From Octopus sinensis (Eukaryota): DNA of 64,000 bases. The notes under the pieces are model-generated. The model saw nothing but the letters and a program-made list of their open reading frames with translations, was not told the DNA's origin and made no database searches. Positions 25,590-38,484 of the stretch are shown here, piece after piece. The stretch is taken from positions 8,370,001 to 8,434,000 of the forward strand of contig NC_043007.1 of the NCBI RefSeq assembly GCF_006345805.1. Direction: 5' to 3'. How positions within the stretch are numbered: the stretch's first letter is position 1; every line of letters begins with the position of its first letter. A program made the position numbers and the translations under genes.

Positions 25590-28208
25590 TAAAATGTTGA
25601 ATAAAAATCATTGTTTTCATGGCTCCAATTAATGTTGGTATGGGTTGGACAGATTCTCATCATCTAGGTCAGTTCTTATTCAGAATTACAGCATTCCAAA
25701 GTCGGAGGACCAAGCTCCACTTGAATGTTCCACTTTTGGCATCTTTTTGTAGCTGTGTCCTTCCTGACACCAACCATCTTGCAGTGTGCATTTTATTGTG
25801 ACACCAGCACTAGAGAGGTGGTGAAATCCTTTACATGATTGAAGAGGACTATTAACCTTAAAACTGATTGCATTTGATCACTAGCAATTTTAAAGAACAT
25901 ACTTAGTGCATTTTATATCCTTGCGTAGATCAGACAGAATGTGTTGAGGTAGATTTTGTATGGCCAGATGCCCTTTCCAAGTAACGTGATATTCCTTCAT
26001 GACTGGACAGGTTTACATTGATGACTCAAAATTAATGACACCCATTTGTTAATACCATGCAACTGGCCTCTTTCAGTTTCTGCCTACCAAATCCACTCGC
26101 AAGGCTTTGGTTGGCCCAAGGCTATGGTAAAAGCTGCCCAAGGTACCAGGCAACGGGACAAAAGTCAGATTGTTCAGAAATTGACGAAATCAGTTGATGA
26201 GAGAATATTTAAAGTTTAAAGATCTTAAAGGAGGCGTATATAAAGATGTAAAATATATATTCATGATTGTTTGCAAATATGGTGGAAGATATATGTATAT
26301 ATTAATGGTCTGGTTATGGATTGTTCTATATGTGAATCACATTACATGTAGTTCATATAATACTAGCAAACGCATCGGTCTTTTGGATGGTTTAAGTTGC
26401 TTTGGTGGTATTTTTTCATCAAATAATTGAACTCCCGAGGTTTATGAGTAGCACAGCAATCTATGTTTCTGATTAACGTAGAAATGGAAAGTGAAATTGA
26501 AGGCCGGTTATTGTGGAGGAGGTCGTTGCACTTTAATGATCATTGAACATATAAGTTTGCAAGCGATGCAAAGTGGAGCTGCTGAAGTGTTTTGGGAGTA
26601 GATTATGGATAATGACTACAAAATACAGTTGTTTTACATGAAAACGAAATTTCTTGTCAGAAACAGCCACATAATTGGTGTAAGGAAATTTATGAAGATG
26701 TTGAAACTTCCCTCTGCAAATTTATTTTTTTCAACAGCAAAGGGAGCTATTTTTTCAGAGAGATAAGCTAACAAAACCCCTTTTATTCTGTCTTCCCACA
26801 TACCCTGCACATAAACTAACAGCGAATGATGCATAAAGTTAAACTGGTATGGAGCTTTCTGAAAGATATGTATAGCTTTCGCTAGTGGAAGCAAAACTCT
26901 TATTTAAAGGGTCTTTGGGACAGATATGTGACTGTTTAAGAAAAGCTAGAATGGCAATGCTAAAATGTATTTCAAACAATGGACAACAGTTGAAGTATCG
27001 ATGTGGATGGGTGGGTAGATAAGCATCTTAAAGTGAAACGACAGGTTGGTAGGTAAACAACGGTATCAACAAATAGAAGAGAGGGAAGGGAACATCACCT
27101 TTCAAGTATCTCAGAATAGGTAAAGGTAAGCTAGCCAAAGCTTAATGCAGTTTAAATATGGATACCAAGAATGTTTTCTATTGGATATTCATCGCATAGT
27201 GTTCCTAGTCAATATAATCACCGTGGCAGGTGGACAGTCGAAATAAATAGACAAAATCCTTTCACTTTTATAAAAAGATTAAAAAAGTAAGGAAGACCCT
27301 ACATACAAAAAAAAGAACCATGTCCATCCTTGGGACATAAGTAAGATGTGTGTAAAGCTTGGTGAAAATCGGCTGAGAATTGTGGGAATGTATGCGTTAG
27401 TCATCATACACGCACATACTGGGATTTACATATACTAAATTAGTTAACTTGCATAATAAAAAGAAACACTCTATAAAAGTGTTTTTCTTCTTTTCCATTT
27501 TAAATGTACGTGAGACATGGGACACATAATCCTGTACAGAAAATCAGACAAGGGTTTTGATTTTATTGAGGAATGACTGACTTGCATAATAAAAGGAAAC
27601 ATAGGGTAGTTCTGCCACTTATCATCATCATCATTGTTTAACGTCCGTTTTCCATGCTAGCATGGGTTGGACGGTTCGACCGGGGTCTGGGAAGCCAGGA
27701 GGATGCAGCAGGCTCCAGTCTTTATGTGCCATTAAATTAGTCCTGCCATTTTTAATACTTTGAAAAGTATATTTCTTTATCTTCAAGAAATTTCCAATGA
27801 CGATGGTCAGCATCCAGTCATCAGTGCTGTGTTGTGCCCTTTGTTAATCTGTGACCAATGGTTCAATCTCAGTCCTGAGCAGTTCACCCCTTTTTTAACT
27901 CCAGACATAGGACATTGCACGTTTGATAGTCAACATATCATCCCTGACAGTGAGATGGTTTAAGGGCTGTTTGGCTGCTATTTTCAGCAGGTCAAGCAAC
28001 AGCATAGATACATCCTTGCTGATTCACCAAATTCTCCGTAGTAGTGCAGGTGGTAAGCAGCAAAATTGATATTTCTTTGGTTTTTAGCGCTGGGTAACAG
28101 CTACCAGTAACAGACTAGCTTTAATGCCACAGAAAACCACAGCTAAGCTCTTCAGATTACATTAGAGGTGAATTTCATCCTTAGCACCACCATCATCATT
28201 TAATGTCT

Positions 28209-28482
28209 GGCATTCTTTTGATATAACTCAACAAAATCAAAACATTTCACTTTGGGTATTTCCGTGGGTTGTGGCGTATAGGATATAACGAAATTATGCC
28301 AGCGATGTCTCGTTTTAAACTTGAAGAAAAAAGGCCTTGCACATTTGTTCTTACCTGTTTCAGGTGTGTATGTAAAATCCGCAAATTTCCAAGCAGAAAA
28401 CAGAATCAAACTGTCATTTGCTTCCATGGAAATAGCCGAAGTGAAATGTTTTGATTTTGTCAAGTTATATCGAAAGAATGCC
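28209..28482. mobile_element. MITE with about 57-bp TIRs (GGCATTCTTT...), inserted into a retroposon tail
   Basis: TIRs are visible; flanks aatgtct and tatgtct form an imperfect TSD. Confidence 0.8.
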
Positions 28483-29311
28483 TATGTCTGTTATCCAGCA
28501 TGAGTTAGACAGGATCAGACAAACTTGCACCCAGTTCCAGTGTCAGCTTTGGCATGGTTTCTATGGACAGATGCCCTTTCTAAGGTCAACCAAATTAATC
28601 ATGTATTCAGTGTTTTTTTCTCTACCACCAGTGCTAATGAGGTTGCTGAACAACTTGCAAGGCAGAAAAAGAAAACAATCCCACAGCTAAATGGGATGGG
28701 GTTTAAGAGGGGAAGGTGGATTTATCCCAGGTGTTGAAAGGCTAAAGTATGATAGAGAGACAAGCACAGGCGTCTTGCTAGAGAGGAGATATACATGGCT
28801 ACCCCACATTAGATAGGAAACGGCAGGAGTAGTTGAAAAGGAGATAAAAAAAGGTAATAATGGAGTGCCAGAGAAAACACTTTGGTACAAGAAGGTGAGC
28901 ATAAGAGAAGAGATACTTTCATAAGAGTGTGAGGGGAGAGTAACAGATGGTTTAATCCCTAATTAAGGTTAATTGGAGAAATTTTTAAGGGAGCTCTTCC
29001 ACATGAGGAATGTCCAGTTAATTGTAGTGAGCAACTAAATAATTCTTAAGCTGAAAACACATTGGTAATGGGAAGAAAGGTTTGTTAGTGCTAATGATAT
29101 TTCATGCTAGGAAAGGTAAGAACTTGGAGATTTAAATTCTCCTGTTATAATTCCAGCCACATCTAAGGTTGTGTTATACAAAAGTAGTTTGACTCCAGTA
29201 CTTGCCTGTTACTTTATTTTACCTGTCTGGCAGATTAAAAGGCAAAATCAACTTCGGTTGGAACTGGCTTCTATTGCAGAAAACAAATGCAAAATATAGA
29301 AGGCATTAAGT

Positions 29312-29626
29312 AGGGTGCTAAGAGCACCATCCGAGTGTGATCGTTGCCAGAGTGGCTAACTGGCTTCCGTGCTGGTGGCATGTGCAAAAAGATTTGAGCG
29401 AGGTCGTTGCCAGTACCGCCTGACTGCCCCCCCCCCCCATGCTGGTGGCACGTAAAAGCACCCACTACACTCTCGGAGTGATTGGCGTTAGGTAGGGCAT
29501 CCAGCTGTAGAAACCTGCCAGATCAAGACTGGAGCCCGGTGCAGCCATCTGGTCCGCCAGTCCTCAGTCAAATCGTCCAACCCATGCTAGCATTGAAAGC
29601 GGACGTTAAACGATGATGATGATGAT
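29312..29626 (+). mobile_element. RTE 3' UTR-type repeat
   Basis: Same family as the copies at 9263 and 10200. Confidence 0.7.
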
Positions 29627-30299
29627 TAAGTGTTTTCTACAAAGAAAGTAATGTGGAAGAGTGAAAGCTTTGGTATTTTACGCTTTCAAAATGCTTCTAT
29701 TTCCTGACACTATGGTTTTTGGGTTCACTTGGCATCTTGGGAAATGTCTTCTATTATTAGCCCTGGGCTGAACAAAGCCTTGAAAGTGAATTTGATAGAT
29801 GAAAACTAAAAGATACTGCTGGATGTATTTATAAACATACATATTCATAGAAACAAATAAAATGTGTTTTTCTCTCCTTGTGTTGACCTCATGTGATAGC
29901 TGTAAATGAGTGTCACCATCATACAAGCAGTGTCATTTGCTTCGAAAATATGCCCAGCCATGGTGAAATATTACTGTGCTTGGAAGTAGGAAGAGTATCT
30001 GGCTGCATGTTCAAACGATGGTAGTTGTTTTGAGATCTCTTAACCTTATAACAAAGAACATTTTCTCAGTTTCAATTCAAATGACGACCAGGTACATAAA
30101 TTATAATTTGTAATCATATTTTCACCAGCATGTAAAAAGCACCCTGTACACTCTGTAAAGTGGTTTGCATTGGGAAGGGCATCCAGCTGTGGAAATTGTG
30201 TCAAATGAGACAATTGGAGCCATGACAGCTCATGTCAAACCATCCAACACATGCTAGCATAGAAAATGAACATTAACTGATGAAGATCGAAATAGCTTC

Positions 30300-32010
30300 A
30301 GAGAATGGTATCCCCAAAACAGGAAACTGGGTCCTGTATGCTTGCAATAAGAGTGAACCAACCCAGCGGGGAGGGGTCGAAGAAAGAACGTGTGCGACCG
30401 TTCAAAGGACAGTGTTTCCGGTGCCAGGGTGCAGCAGAACGTCGGTAGCAGCGACTGCAACAATGAAAAGTGGCCGAGCTAGGAGCAGCGGAGAGGGGTC
30501 GAAGAAAGAATGTGTGCGACCGTTCAAAGGACAGTGTTTCCGGTGCCAGGGTGCAGCAGAACGTCGGTAGCAGCGACTGCAACAATGAAAAGTGGCCGAG
30601 CTAGGAGCAGCGGAGAGGGGTCGAAGAAAGAATGTGTGCGACCGTTCAAAGGACAGTGTTTCTGGTGCCAGGGTCCGCAACTGCGAGTCACCCAAGCCTG
30701 AGGTCATTTGCTACCAGAGACAGTGCTTGACTTCCAAGAGCTGAATGACCATGTATCATGTCATACAGGTGGCGAGGCCACAGATGTCTGTGAAGACACC
30801 TTGCGAAAGTGGAGGCAGATGACAGGGGCCTTCACGATCGTTGATTTGAAGTCGGCATTCCTACAGGTGCATGTGGCTGAGAAACTGTGGAAGTGCCAGC
30901 TTGTCAGGTATAAGGGCTGGATGTACTGTCTGACCAAGTTGGGGCTCGAGCTGAATTCAGCGCCAAAGATTATGGCAACAATTCTCAAAGCCATCCTGGG
31001 AAAAGTGGACAGAGTAAAAAAGGCCACCAAATTCGTACATTGATGATATTCTGATGGATGAAACCGTAATGCCAGCAATGGAGGTCATAGGCCACCTGAA
31101 GAGTTTTGGACTGATCGCCAAGCCACCAGAGGCAATGGAGGGAGGTGCTGCACTGGGCCTTAAGCTATGGAGAGACAAGGCCGGCGCGTTGGTGTTTCGG
31201 CGAGGGAATGAGATCCCAGAACTGGGCGCCAGCATGAGTAGACAGGAACTGTTCTCTGTGTGTGGGAAGCTGGTAGGACACTACCCGATTGCAGGATGGC
31301 TCCGGACAGCATGTAGCTTCATCAAGAGACGAGCCGAAGAAGTGAAGTGGAACGATAGAGTGGGGGAGAAGACAATCGACATGATGCAGGAAGTCTTGGT
31401 CAGAGTAAGAGCAGAGGATCCAGTGAGGGGTAGTTGGTATGTTCCCAAATCAAAGAGCGGGATTGTATGGTGTGACGCTAGTAGCATCGCAATAGAGGTT
31501 GTCTTAGAAGTGGGAGGCGTCATGGTGGAAGATGCAGCCTGGCTCAGGAAGACGGATGACTGCAGTCATACCAATGTGGCGGAGTTGGATGCCGTGTTGA
31601 AGGGGGTGACCTAGCCTTGAAGTGGGGGTTGCACACCATAGAAATCAGGACTGATTCGGCCATTGTACTTGGTTGGGTGACAGCAGTCATCACCAATGAG
31701 CGGAGGGTGCGGACCAAAGGGGCTGCAGAGATGCTGGTAAAGCGTCGATTGGGGATACTGCGTGAACTAACCACCGAGTTCAATCTGAAGCTGAGCGTGA
31801 TCTTTGTGCCTTCCGAGAAGAACAGGGTGGACGTCCTGACCAGGGTAAAGCGAGCCTGGTTGCAGGTGCCAGAGGATGCGGAGCAGGCTGTAGCTGCAGT
31901 ATGCCGTCTGAGTGACTCAGAGTTGCGGAGACTGCATACCATGCATCACATGGGTGTGGACAGGACATTGTTCCTAGCCAGAAAAGTTGACTCCGATGTA
32001 ACAAGATGGA
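30300..32010 (+). mobile_element. Degenerate Ty3/Gypsy-like LTR retrotransposon internal fragment
   Basis: GC-rich block with a gag CFRC knuckle remnant, RT (IVDLKSAFLQVHV; YIDDIL across a frameshift), RNase H (WCDASS...AELDAV...TDS) and an integrase HH remnant (HTMHHMG), in RT-RH-INT order. No LTRs identified. Confidence 0.82.
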
Positions 32011-32669
32011 GCGAGGGAATTTCAGTCGCTGGAATTCACTCGATAAATATTCTTGGAATCCCCTAACATAAAATGGCGGGAGGGTCACAGCTGGAAAACC
32101 TTTGCTCATAGGCCTGGTCTGGAGTTACACAACAACTGGAAGAAATCTTATAATTATTTCAGAAGATATAAAACAGAAACAAGAATTCGGTTTGAAAAAT
32201 GGTGAATCGAAACTAATTCTGAACATGAAGCAGCTTAGGCGACTGATTAAGAAGGATTTAAGTTTAATGATTGGCTTTTAACACTGACACAAGGCAATAA
32301 ATTTAGGGAGAGAGCGTTATTTATAGATTAAATCCATGCTAAATAATCGACTGTTTATTTTGAGGAAATCGTAAAAATGAAAAGTAAATTATAAAATGAG
32401 ATGAAAGGGAGGGGGGGAGCACGTGGCATTTTTTTCCTGTCAGAGATACTTTGGTTCGGTATTATACGGCACAGAAGTATTTCGCAAACGTAGTTGAAGT
32501 AGAAATCAATTAATTGTGCTAGTTATCGATATTTAGGAAGACAGTGTCACTAATTAATAAATTTAATAAACTAAATACCGAAATTAATTAACTGGAGTTT
32601 TGTTTTCCTTTTAACATTACGTTCACGTCGATATTGCGCATGCGTCAATACATACATACACGCGTGTTG

Positions 32670-32708
<39 letters not shown>

Positions 32709-32825
32709 GTGCGTGTGTGTGTGTGTGTGTGTGTGTATATATTTATATATACATGTGTGTATATAGATATATATACACACACATATTTATTTGTTATTTA
32801 AAATTTTTAGATTTAGATAACTTAC

Positions 32826-32920
32826 TTCGGGTTCCCTGCTGGCTTTTCACAACTTTTCTTCACCCTTTTCGCAGATTTCCTGCTGTGGACATGGGTCAAT
32901 TTTTTCCTTTTATAACCCAT
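32826..32920 (-). CDS. UTP25: UTP25/DIEXF (U3 snoRNA-associated protein 25) coding exon 1
   Basis: ATG at 32920 reads MGYKRKKLTHVHSRKSAKRVKKSCEKPAGNP plus AA, then a GTAAGT donor. Phase 2 fits the exon at 15106. The basic N-terminus is as in DIEXF family proteins. Confidence 0.8.
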
Positions 32921-32949
32921 TTCTTGCCACTTCGTTACAAGTGCCAAGG

Positions 32950-33100
32950 TGCTGCGAACTTTTACTTTTTTTCCCCCCCTCTGCTATTAATTGCTTTTCT
33001 CAAACGGCAAAAGCGATTGGTCTTTTCCAAAGCGGACCAACCAATCGCGAGCCGTTATACATAAAGCTGTCAAATGACGTCATTAATCTTCCCCGATCGC
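32950..33100. promoter_or_regulatory. Bidirectional promoter shared by UTP25 and the RRM gene
   Basis: CpG-rich patch between divergent first exons. Inverted CCAAT boxes GCGATTGG (33013-33020) and CCAATCGC (33041-33048); palindromic CRE AATGACGTCATT (33073-33084). Confidence 0.7.
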
Positions 33101-33213
33101 CATTTCGAAGCACGTTGAGGCTTCGACTGAACGTCACTTTTCTGCGAAGAATCGTTGTTTTTTTTTTCCTCCGAAATCCTTACAACTTAGGATCTTAAAT
33201 ACAACTGACAGCG
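33100..33213 (+). other. Probable non-coding first exon of the RBM4/lark-like gene
   Basis: Lies just downstream of the promoter motifs and ends in a GCG|GTAAGA donor. The start position is approximate. Confidence 0.55.
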
Positions 33214-34417
33214 GTAAGATCTCATGTTTTTTCTTGAAAAGTTTCTTGCAAATATATTTACTTGGCGATATATAATTGCCTCGTCGTCCCCCGCCAAAAT
33301 CGCTACGACGATGATGATGATGATGGCGATTGTGTTGGTTCTGTTGCAGGAAGAAAAATTAAAAAACCCCCAGAAATACTCTGTCCATTGTTTGCCAGCA
33401 TCGAATAAAGAAGACGATGCAAGACCCGTTTAACTGCCTGACGAGACCCGTTCCCTCTTTTCTCCCGACCGAAGAAGCCTTTCCCTCTTTTCTCTCTTCT
33501 TTCTCTCCTTCGTCCCGTTCGCCATTATTTTTTTTCTTCTTTCTTTTAAGAAAAAAAAACTAGAAACAAAAAATGATTCATATTTCATAATTAACCTATA
33601 AAAAATCATTGAAACACATCCCTGCTGTCCTCATTTTCAATCCTCAATCATTTTCCTGCATCGAAATTCATTAAACACCGAATAAATTACAAAATATTTC
33701 TCTAATATTCAACACCAAAAACCATCTGAAATTGATTTCTTTTGTCCTTTGAAATAGAAATCCGTCATTTTCACTTTTATTTTCTCTTCATTATTTCGAC
33801 TCCTAATTATTCCTTATATATTTCACTCCTTCACACAACATCGAAGATCAATAATTACAGTTTGCCCTAAAATCAAAGCTAAATCATTCTGACACAGTTT
33901 CACATTTCTCTCTTCTTGTTTCAATCTGAGGATTTCTTCACATCTCAAAGGAAATTATTTATCGAATACAATAAAACACGATATATTATTATGTAACCTG
34001 CACAATGTACTTTTAATCTGCTACGATTTGTTCTAAATTCATTGAGACGTTGATTTATATTAATCTATGTCGACGAAAATTGTGTTTTATCTCTTTAGAC
34101 ATTTCTTCTGGGTTAAGCACAAAGAAATGAGGCATGTGCGGTTTTCTTGGCATTAATTTCTTGCTGTTTCCCAGATAAATATTTTGCTTTTTATTCAGAA
34201 ATTTCTCATGAAAATAAAAAAAAAAAAATTTCATTTTATGTTTAGGTTTATAAAAAAAAAAAGATAATCTCTGTTTGTATTAAAATCGGTTGTTTAAGAT
34301 GGAGAAGGAAGAAGATCGGGGGGGGGGGCAGTGGAGATTTTAGTTGGAATTCAATAGAAATGTTATTTCTCGACGATTCTAATCGAGAAATGCATTGAAG
34401 TGAAGGAAACCGTGGAA

Positions 34418-34532
34418 AGGCGGCGGCTGCAGCGGTGGTGGTGGCTGCAGCGGCGGTGATGGTGGTGGTGGTGGCTGCAGCGGCGGTGATGGTGGTGGTG
34501 GTGGTGGCTGCAGCGGCGGTGGTGGTGGCGGC
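34418..34532. repeat. GC-rich 30-33 bp tandem repeat built on (GGT/GGC)n
   Basis: Four gctgcagcgg...ggtggtggt units. Confidence 0.85.
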
Positions 34533-34696
34533 ATCGATGCGCGGGAGGCGACATTTGAGTGAGAAACATCTTTGGCTCCCAGCACGCATGCGCTCCTTCT
34601 CTTTTTCTCTCTCTCTCTCTTATCAGCTTCTTGTTCTGTCTTTCTTTCTATCTCTGATCGATACCGACCCGTGTCTCGATTTCTCCTCCTTCACAG

Positions 34697-34754
34697 CATC
34701 ATCGTCGTCTACCGTACTCGCTTGCCTGCCATACCTTTAGTAATTTAGTGCCAG
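34697..34754 (+). other. Probable 5' UTR exon of the RBM4/lark-like gene
   Basis: Long pyrimidine tract with a tcacag acceptor and a CAG|GTGAGC donor; no ATG. Confidence 0.55.
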
Positions 34755-35253
34755 GTGAGCCTTGATCGAGCGTAACACATCCGACCAGTGACCTTTTAAG
34801 CGAGACCATTGTCCTTTCTTACACAATTAAGCTGACCAGTGCGGCGAACCTTGGCTACTGTTTCTAGCGTATCATGCGACTGCTTTCGATAGCGCGGTTT
34901 CTTATTAAATGAGAATTTCCATCAAATTCTGAGATGTTCCTGGTTGTTGATTTGTAAGTAGACCGTCCCCCGATGATCTAAGGTTTGACTCCTACGAGAA
35001 GGGCGACCATGTAGAGGTTACCTCGTGCCTGCCCGCTGCATGCTTCATGCATGTGAATACATGTGGATTAGTCATTCGGGTTGCGTCGGAAAGTGAAATA
35101 GTTTTGTCCTGATGAAGCTGACAAGTGTAGGCATTTCCAACAGAATCCCCCCCCTCACCTTTTTTTTCTCGTCTGAGATATAAATAAGATCGCTAAAGGT
35201 CCACAAATATCTCCTGCTTTCAGTGATATATTTTATGTTTTTATGCTTTTAAT

Positions 35254-36713
35254 GGTACTAGTAGCGTAGAATGGACCCGGTTGCGCACACGCGCAATTTG
35301 TATATATATATACACAGACGTTTATAATTTTGAACAAAGTTTCGGTGGTGATGGTGGTGGTCATTAATGAACAAATTATTGATATATGTGCAGAATATGT
35401 TGCACAATATTGTGCAACATATTATTCTGCACATATATCACGGCAAAAATTTCTCCAATCTGTTACGGTTACATTTGCTATACGACATTCCTTTGCTAAA
35501 TCTTCTTTTGCCCAATAATATAATATATCAATAATTTGTTCACTAATGACCACCACCAAAACCGCGCGTAATTCAAAGTTGTTCACTTTGATATCAACAC
35601 GTGCGAAAAAATTTTGAGTATGGCTTCTGCATATCCAAGTGTAAAAGGAATTAATCACCGCGATATTGCCATCGCTTCAACAGCAGATAGTATTAATTGG
35701 CTTAAGAGACATGGACTTTTAAATACCCAGAAAATATGTACATCGTGTGGAGCTAGCATGAGCGAAGTAGCTAAAAAAAATTTGTCGGATGGAGTGATAT
35801 GGTCATGTGGAAGGCCTTGTAGAAAAATGGTTTCAATTAGAAAAGGAACATTTCTAGAAAATAGTAAATTGAAGTGTGAACAAATTATTGATATATTATA
35901 TTATTGGGCCAAAGAAGATTTAGCAACTCTCTGTTGAAAATTATATTTTTATATTCTAAATAATTTTGCAATTTCAAAAAATATATTAATTTTGCGTTTT
36001 TTAATTTGATAAATTCTAGGGAATAATTTTGCGCGTTTTTTGATAAATTCTACGGAAAGAATTTAGCCTGACAACTAATTCCGTGGTAGTGCCAAAAAAT
36101 TTATACATTTGTGTGAAGAAATTAATTCATTAAGTTTAACAAATTATATACGTCTGTGTAAAAAAAAAAATAATTAAGTTTCAGGAATTATATACGTTCG
36201 CGTTTGTGTAAAAAAAAAATTATTTAAGTTTTAAAAATTATTTACTTTGTTCGAAAAATATTGTTAATATTAATTACTTTTCAAGAATTATTTAATTTAT
36301 ATAATTAATTCATTTATCTGTAAAATAGTAAAAATATTCTGCAAATCCGCGAGGGAATCGCTATGTTGTCACTCAGCCAGCTAGAAATAGCAGCCAGATT
36401 TCCCTCCAATAACACCTTATTGTCTTAAAAAGCAGAAAAGTATCTAAAAAATCCGAGTTTTTTTATTTTGTTTTAGTGAAAATCGTGCGGGTGTTATTCT
36501 GTAATTTTACCAAAAAAGTTATATACATTTCTGTGAAGAAATTAATTCATTAAGTTTAACAAATTATATACGTTTGCGTGCGCGCACGTAACGCGCGATA
36601 CAAGTATATATATATCGCGCATGCGCCAGTCAGCTCGTAAGATCGGCTACATGCGTCTGGCTAGCGCGGACGCGCGTGTGCGCAAACCGGGTCCAGTCTA
36701 CGCTACTAGTACC
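35254..36713 (+). mobile_element. Rearranged Merlin (IS1595/ISXO2-like) transposon derivative
   Basis: About 40-bp TIRs (GGTACTAGTAGCGTAGA...). Truncated transposase N-terminus 35620-35937 (WLKRHGLL..CxxC..DG.W.C..C..SIRKGTF) typical of Merlin. No TSD seen. Confidence 0.8.
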
Positions 36714-38244
36714 TGATGTCAATTGATAATCAAAACCGACTCACCCCTCCCTCTGCGCACACGTTTTCTTTTCATTCCAAAGTTCTTTGTTGCGTTTTCA
36801 TTATTATCCACATCTAGCATTGGGATGCGGGAAAGTGTCTCAAAATTCTTCAGTTGAATATTCACATCGTTAATTTCAACACTGGTTTGACCAACATAGC
36901 TATGATCAAATCTGTTCTAGGCATTGTGAAGCCCTCCATTCAAAACAAAAAACTGTTTAACCCAACGTTTTGCGATGATGAGTTTTCGTCAAATGGTGAA
37001 CACTCATAATTTATCAGTTGGAACAAACTATTTTTAAGTTTCTTTCGTGATTTTATCGGGGTCCTCAAATCAGTTAGTAACTCTAACCACGTCTCCAGCT
37101 CCCCCCTACGCGCCTTTGTTTAAGAAGCAAGCTACGAACCAGCGCGGCTGAACACTAAATGTTCTTTCCAGTCCTCACCATGTTGCCTGAGAGGAATTTG
37201 GCTGTTATTTCTGAAAGATCTAATGATTATGAAGTAGTCCCCCCTTCTGTTCAAAACGAACTTTTCGATGACTACAAGCAGACATCGTAAATGCCTTTCA
37301 CATATATTCTCTTGGTCGGTTTCTTTTACTATCGAGCATCATCCATAGATCTAATTATTGGCCACTGATATCTACCGATTCAACACAATCGATTAGCCAT
37401 TCTCTAATCATTGGCCTTGTTTAGTCGAAACCTACTCGATCCGCTAACCTGACGCTGCGTAGCATCTGTTCATTTAATTGTTTCTCTATGATTACTGGTT
37501 ATCTGTGTTGAATTAATAGAAATGACACAATTAGCTCAATTGTATCTATTATTTTAACGAGTTTATTTTCTATTCAATTAGCATTCCCATATCAGATGGA
37601 GGAAATTGAATGTTAATAAAAATTATATATTGCCTTTTTTTTTCCTTCAGTAATTTCCTTTCTGGCAAAATTAAAAAAAGAAACAAGACTTATTTTGTTT
37701 AATTTCCTGAGTAGCAAATAAATAGACTAAAAACCTTTTGCATTCTACGGCTCCTTATTCAGTTTCAAGTGACGGGAGACATTTTAAAAATAAAGCAACG
37801 AAACCATACCAGCGCTATAATAATATAACTGTCTTTGGGCACCTTGTTACTTTCGTAATTTCCCCCGTTTTGATACACATCGGGTTCTGCAATGTTTATA
37901 CGATATAATATATTCAGAAATGTTTCACAACCGAATCCAATGTGCCAGTCTTCGGTCACGCAATAGCGCTGATAATACCAAAAGAAGAAAAAAAAGGCAC
38001 ATATTTAAACACTTGTTTTCATTTATTACTACAGATACAAGTTTATTTTCGTTGTGTAATGCGTGTGTTTTCTGAAGTAGTTAACCGTCGCAAATGAAGC
38101 TAAACTAAAAATAGAATGGAGTTAGATTCGACTGAAGGCACTCGGTGCTTGCAACACAGCACCCGACCGTAAAGCACTTCTTTTTGCAACAGTTATATTA
38201 TTGCCTTTTTTGATGTGGAGAGTATAACGAAAAAAGGATTATTT

Positions 38245-38272
38245 GGCATTCTTTCGCTACAGAAAGAATGCC
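38245..38272. mobile_element. 28-bp mini-MITE with a perfect 8-bp TSD
   Basis: GATTATTT-GGCATTCTTTC-gctaca-GAAAGAATGCC-GATTATTT. Confidence 0.85.
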
Positions 38273-38361
38273 GATTATTTCTGTGTTTTTTATTTATTTG
38301 TTAATAAACGATGCTGCGATGTGTAATTGATTCTTTGTTCTCCTTTCAGCAGCCGCTAACA

Positions 38362-38484
38362 ATGCCTACAAAAATATTCGTTGGTAACGTGAACCCCACC
38401 ACCAAAGCAGAACAATTACGGGTTTTGTTCGAGAAATATGGCAAAGTCACCGAGTGTGACATCATAAGAAATTATGCTTTTGTG
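38362..38484 (+). CDS. RBM4/lark-like RNA-binding protein, coding exon 1 (N-terminal half of the RRM)
   Basis: [10 protein letters not shown]...[19 protein letters not shown] contains RNP2 and RNP1 of the lark/RBM4 type. NAGNAG acceptor (cagcag, 38347-38352) and GTAAGC donor. Confidence 0.92.

Noticed and set aside
26190-27100. Possible decayed coding or retroelement sequence
   Set aside because: No recognisable protein motif in the translations; it cannot be classified without a database search.
34248-34740. Poly-Pro/His/Ala ORFs
   Set aside because: Translations of a GC-rich trinucleotide-based repeat, with no coherent coding context.
35109-35140. CTGATGA motif (also at about 50007)
   Set aside because: No stem II followed by GAAA, so it is not a hammerhead.
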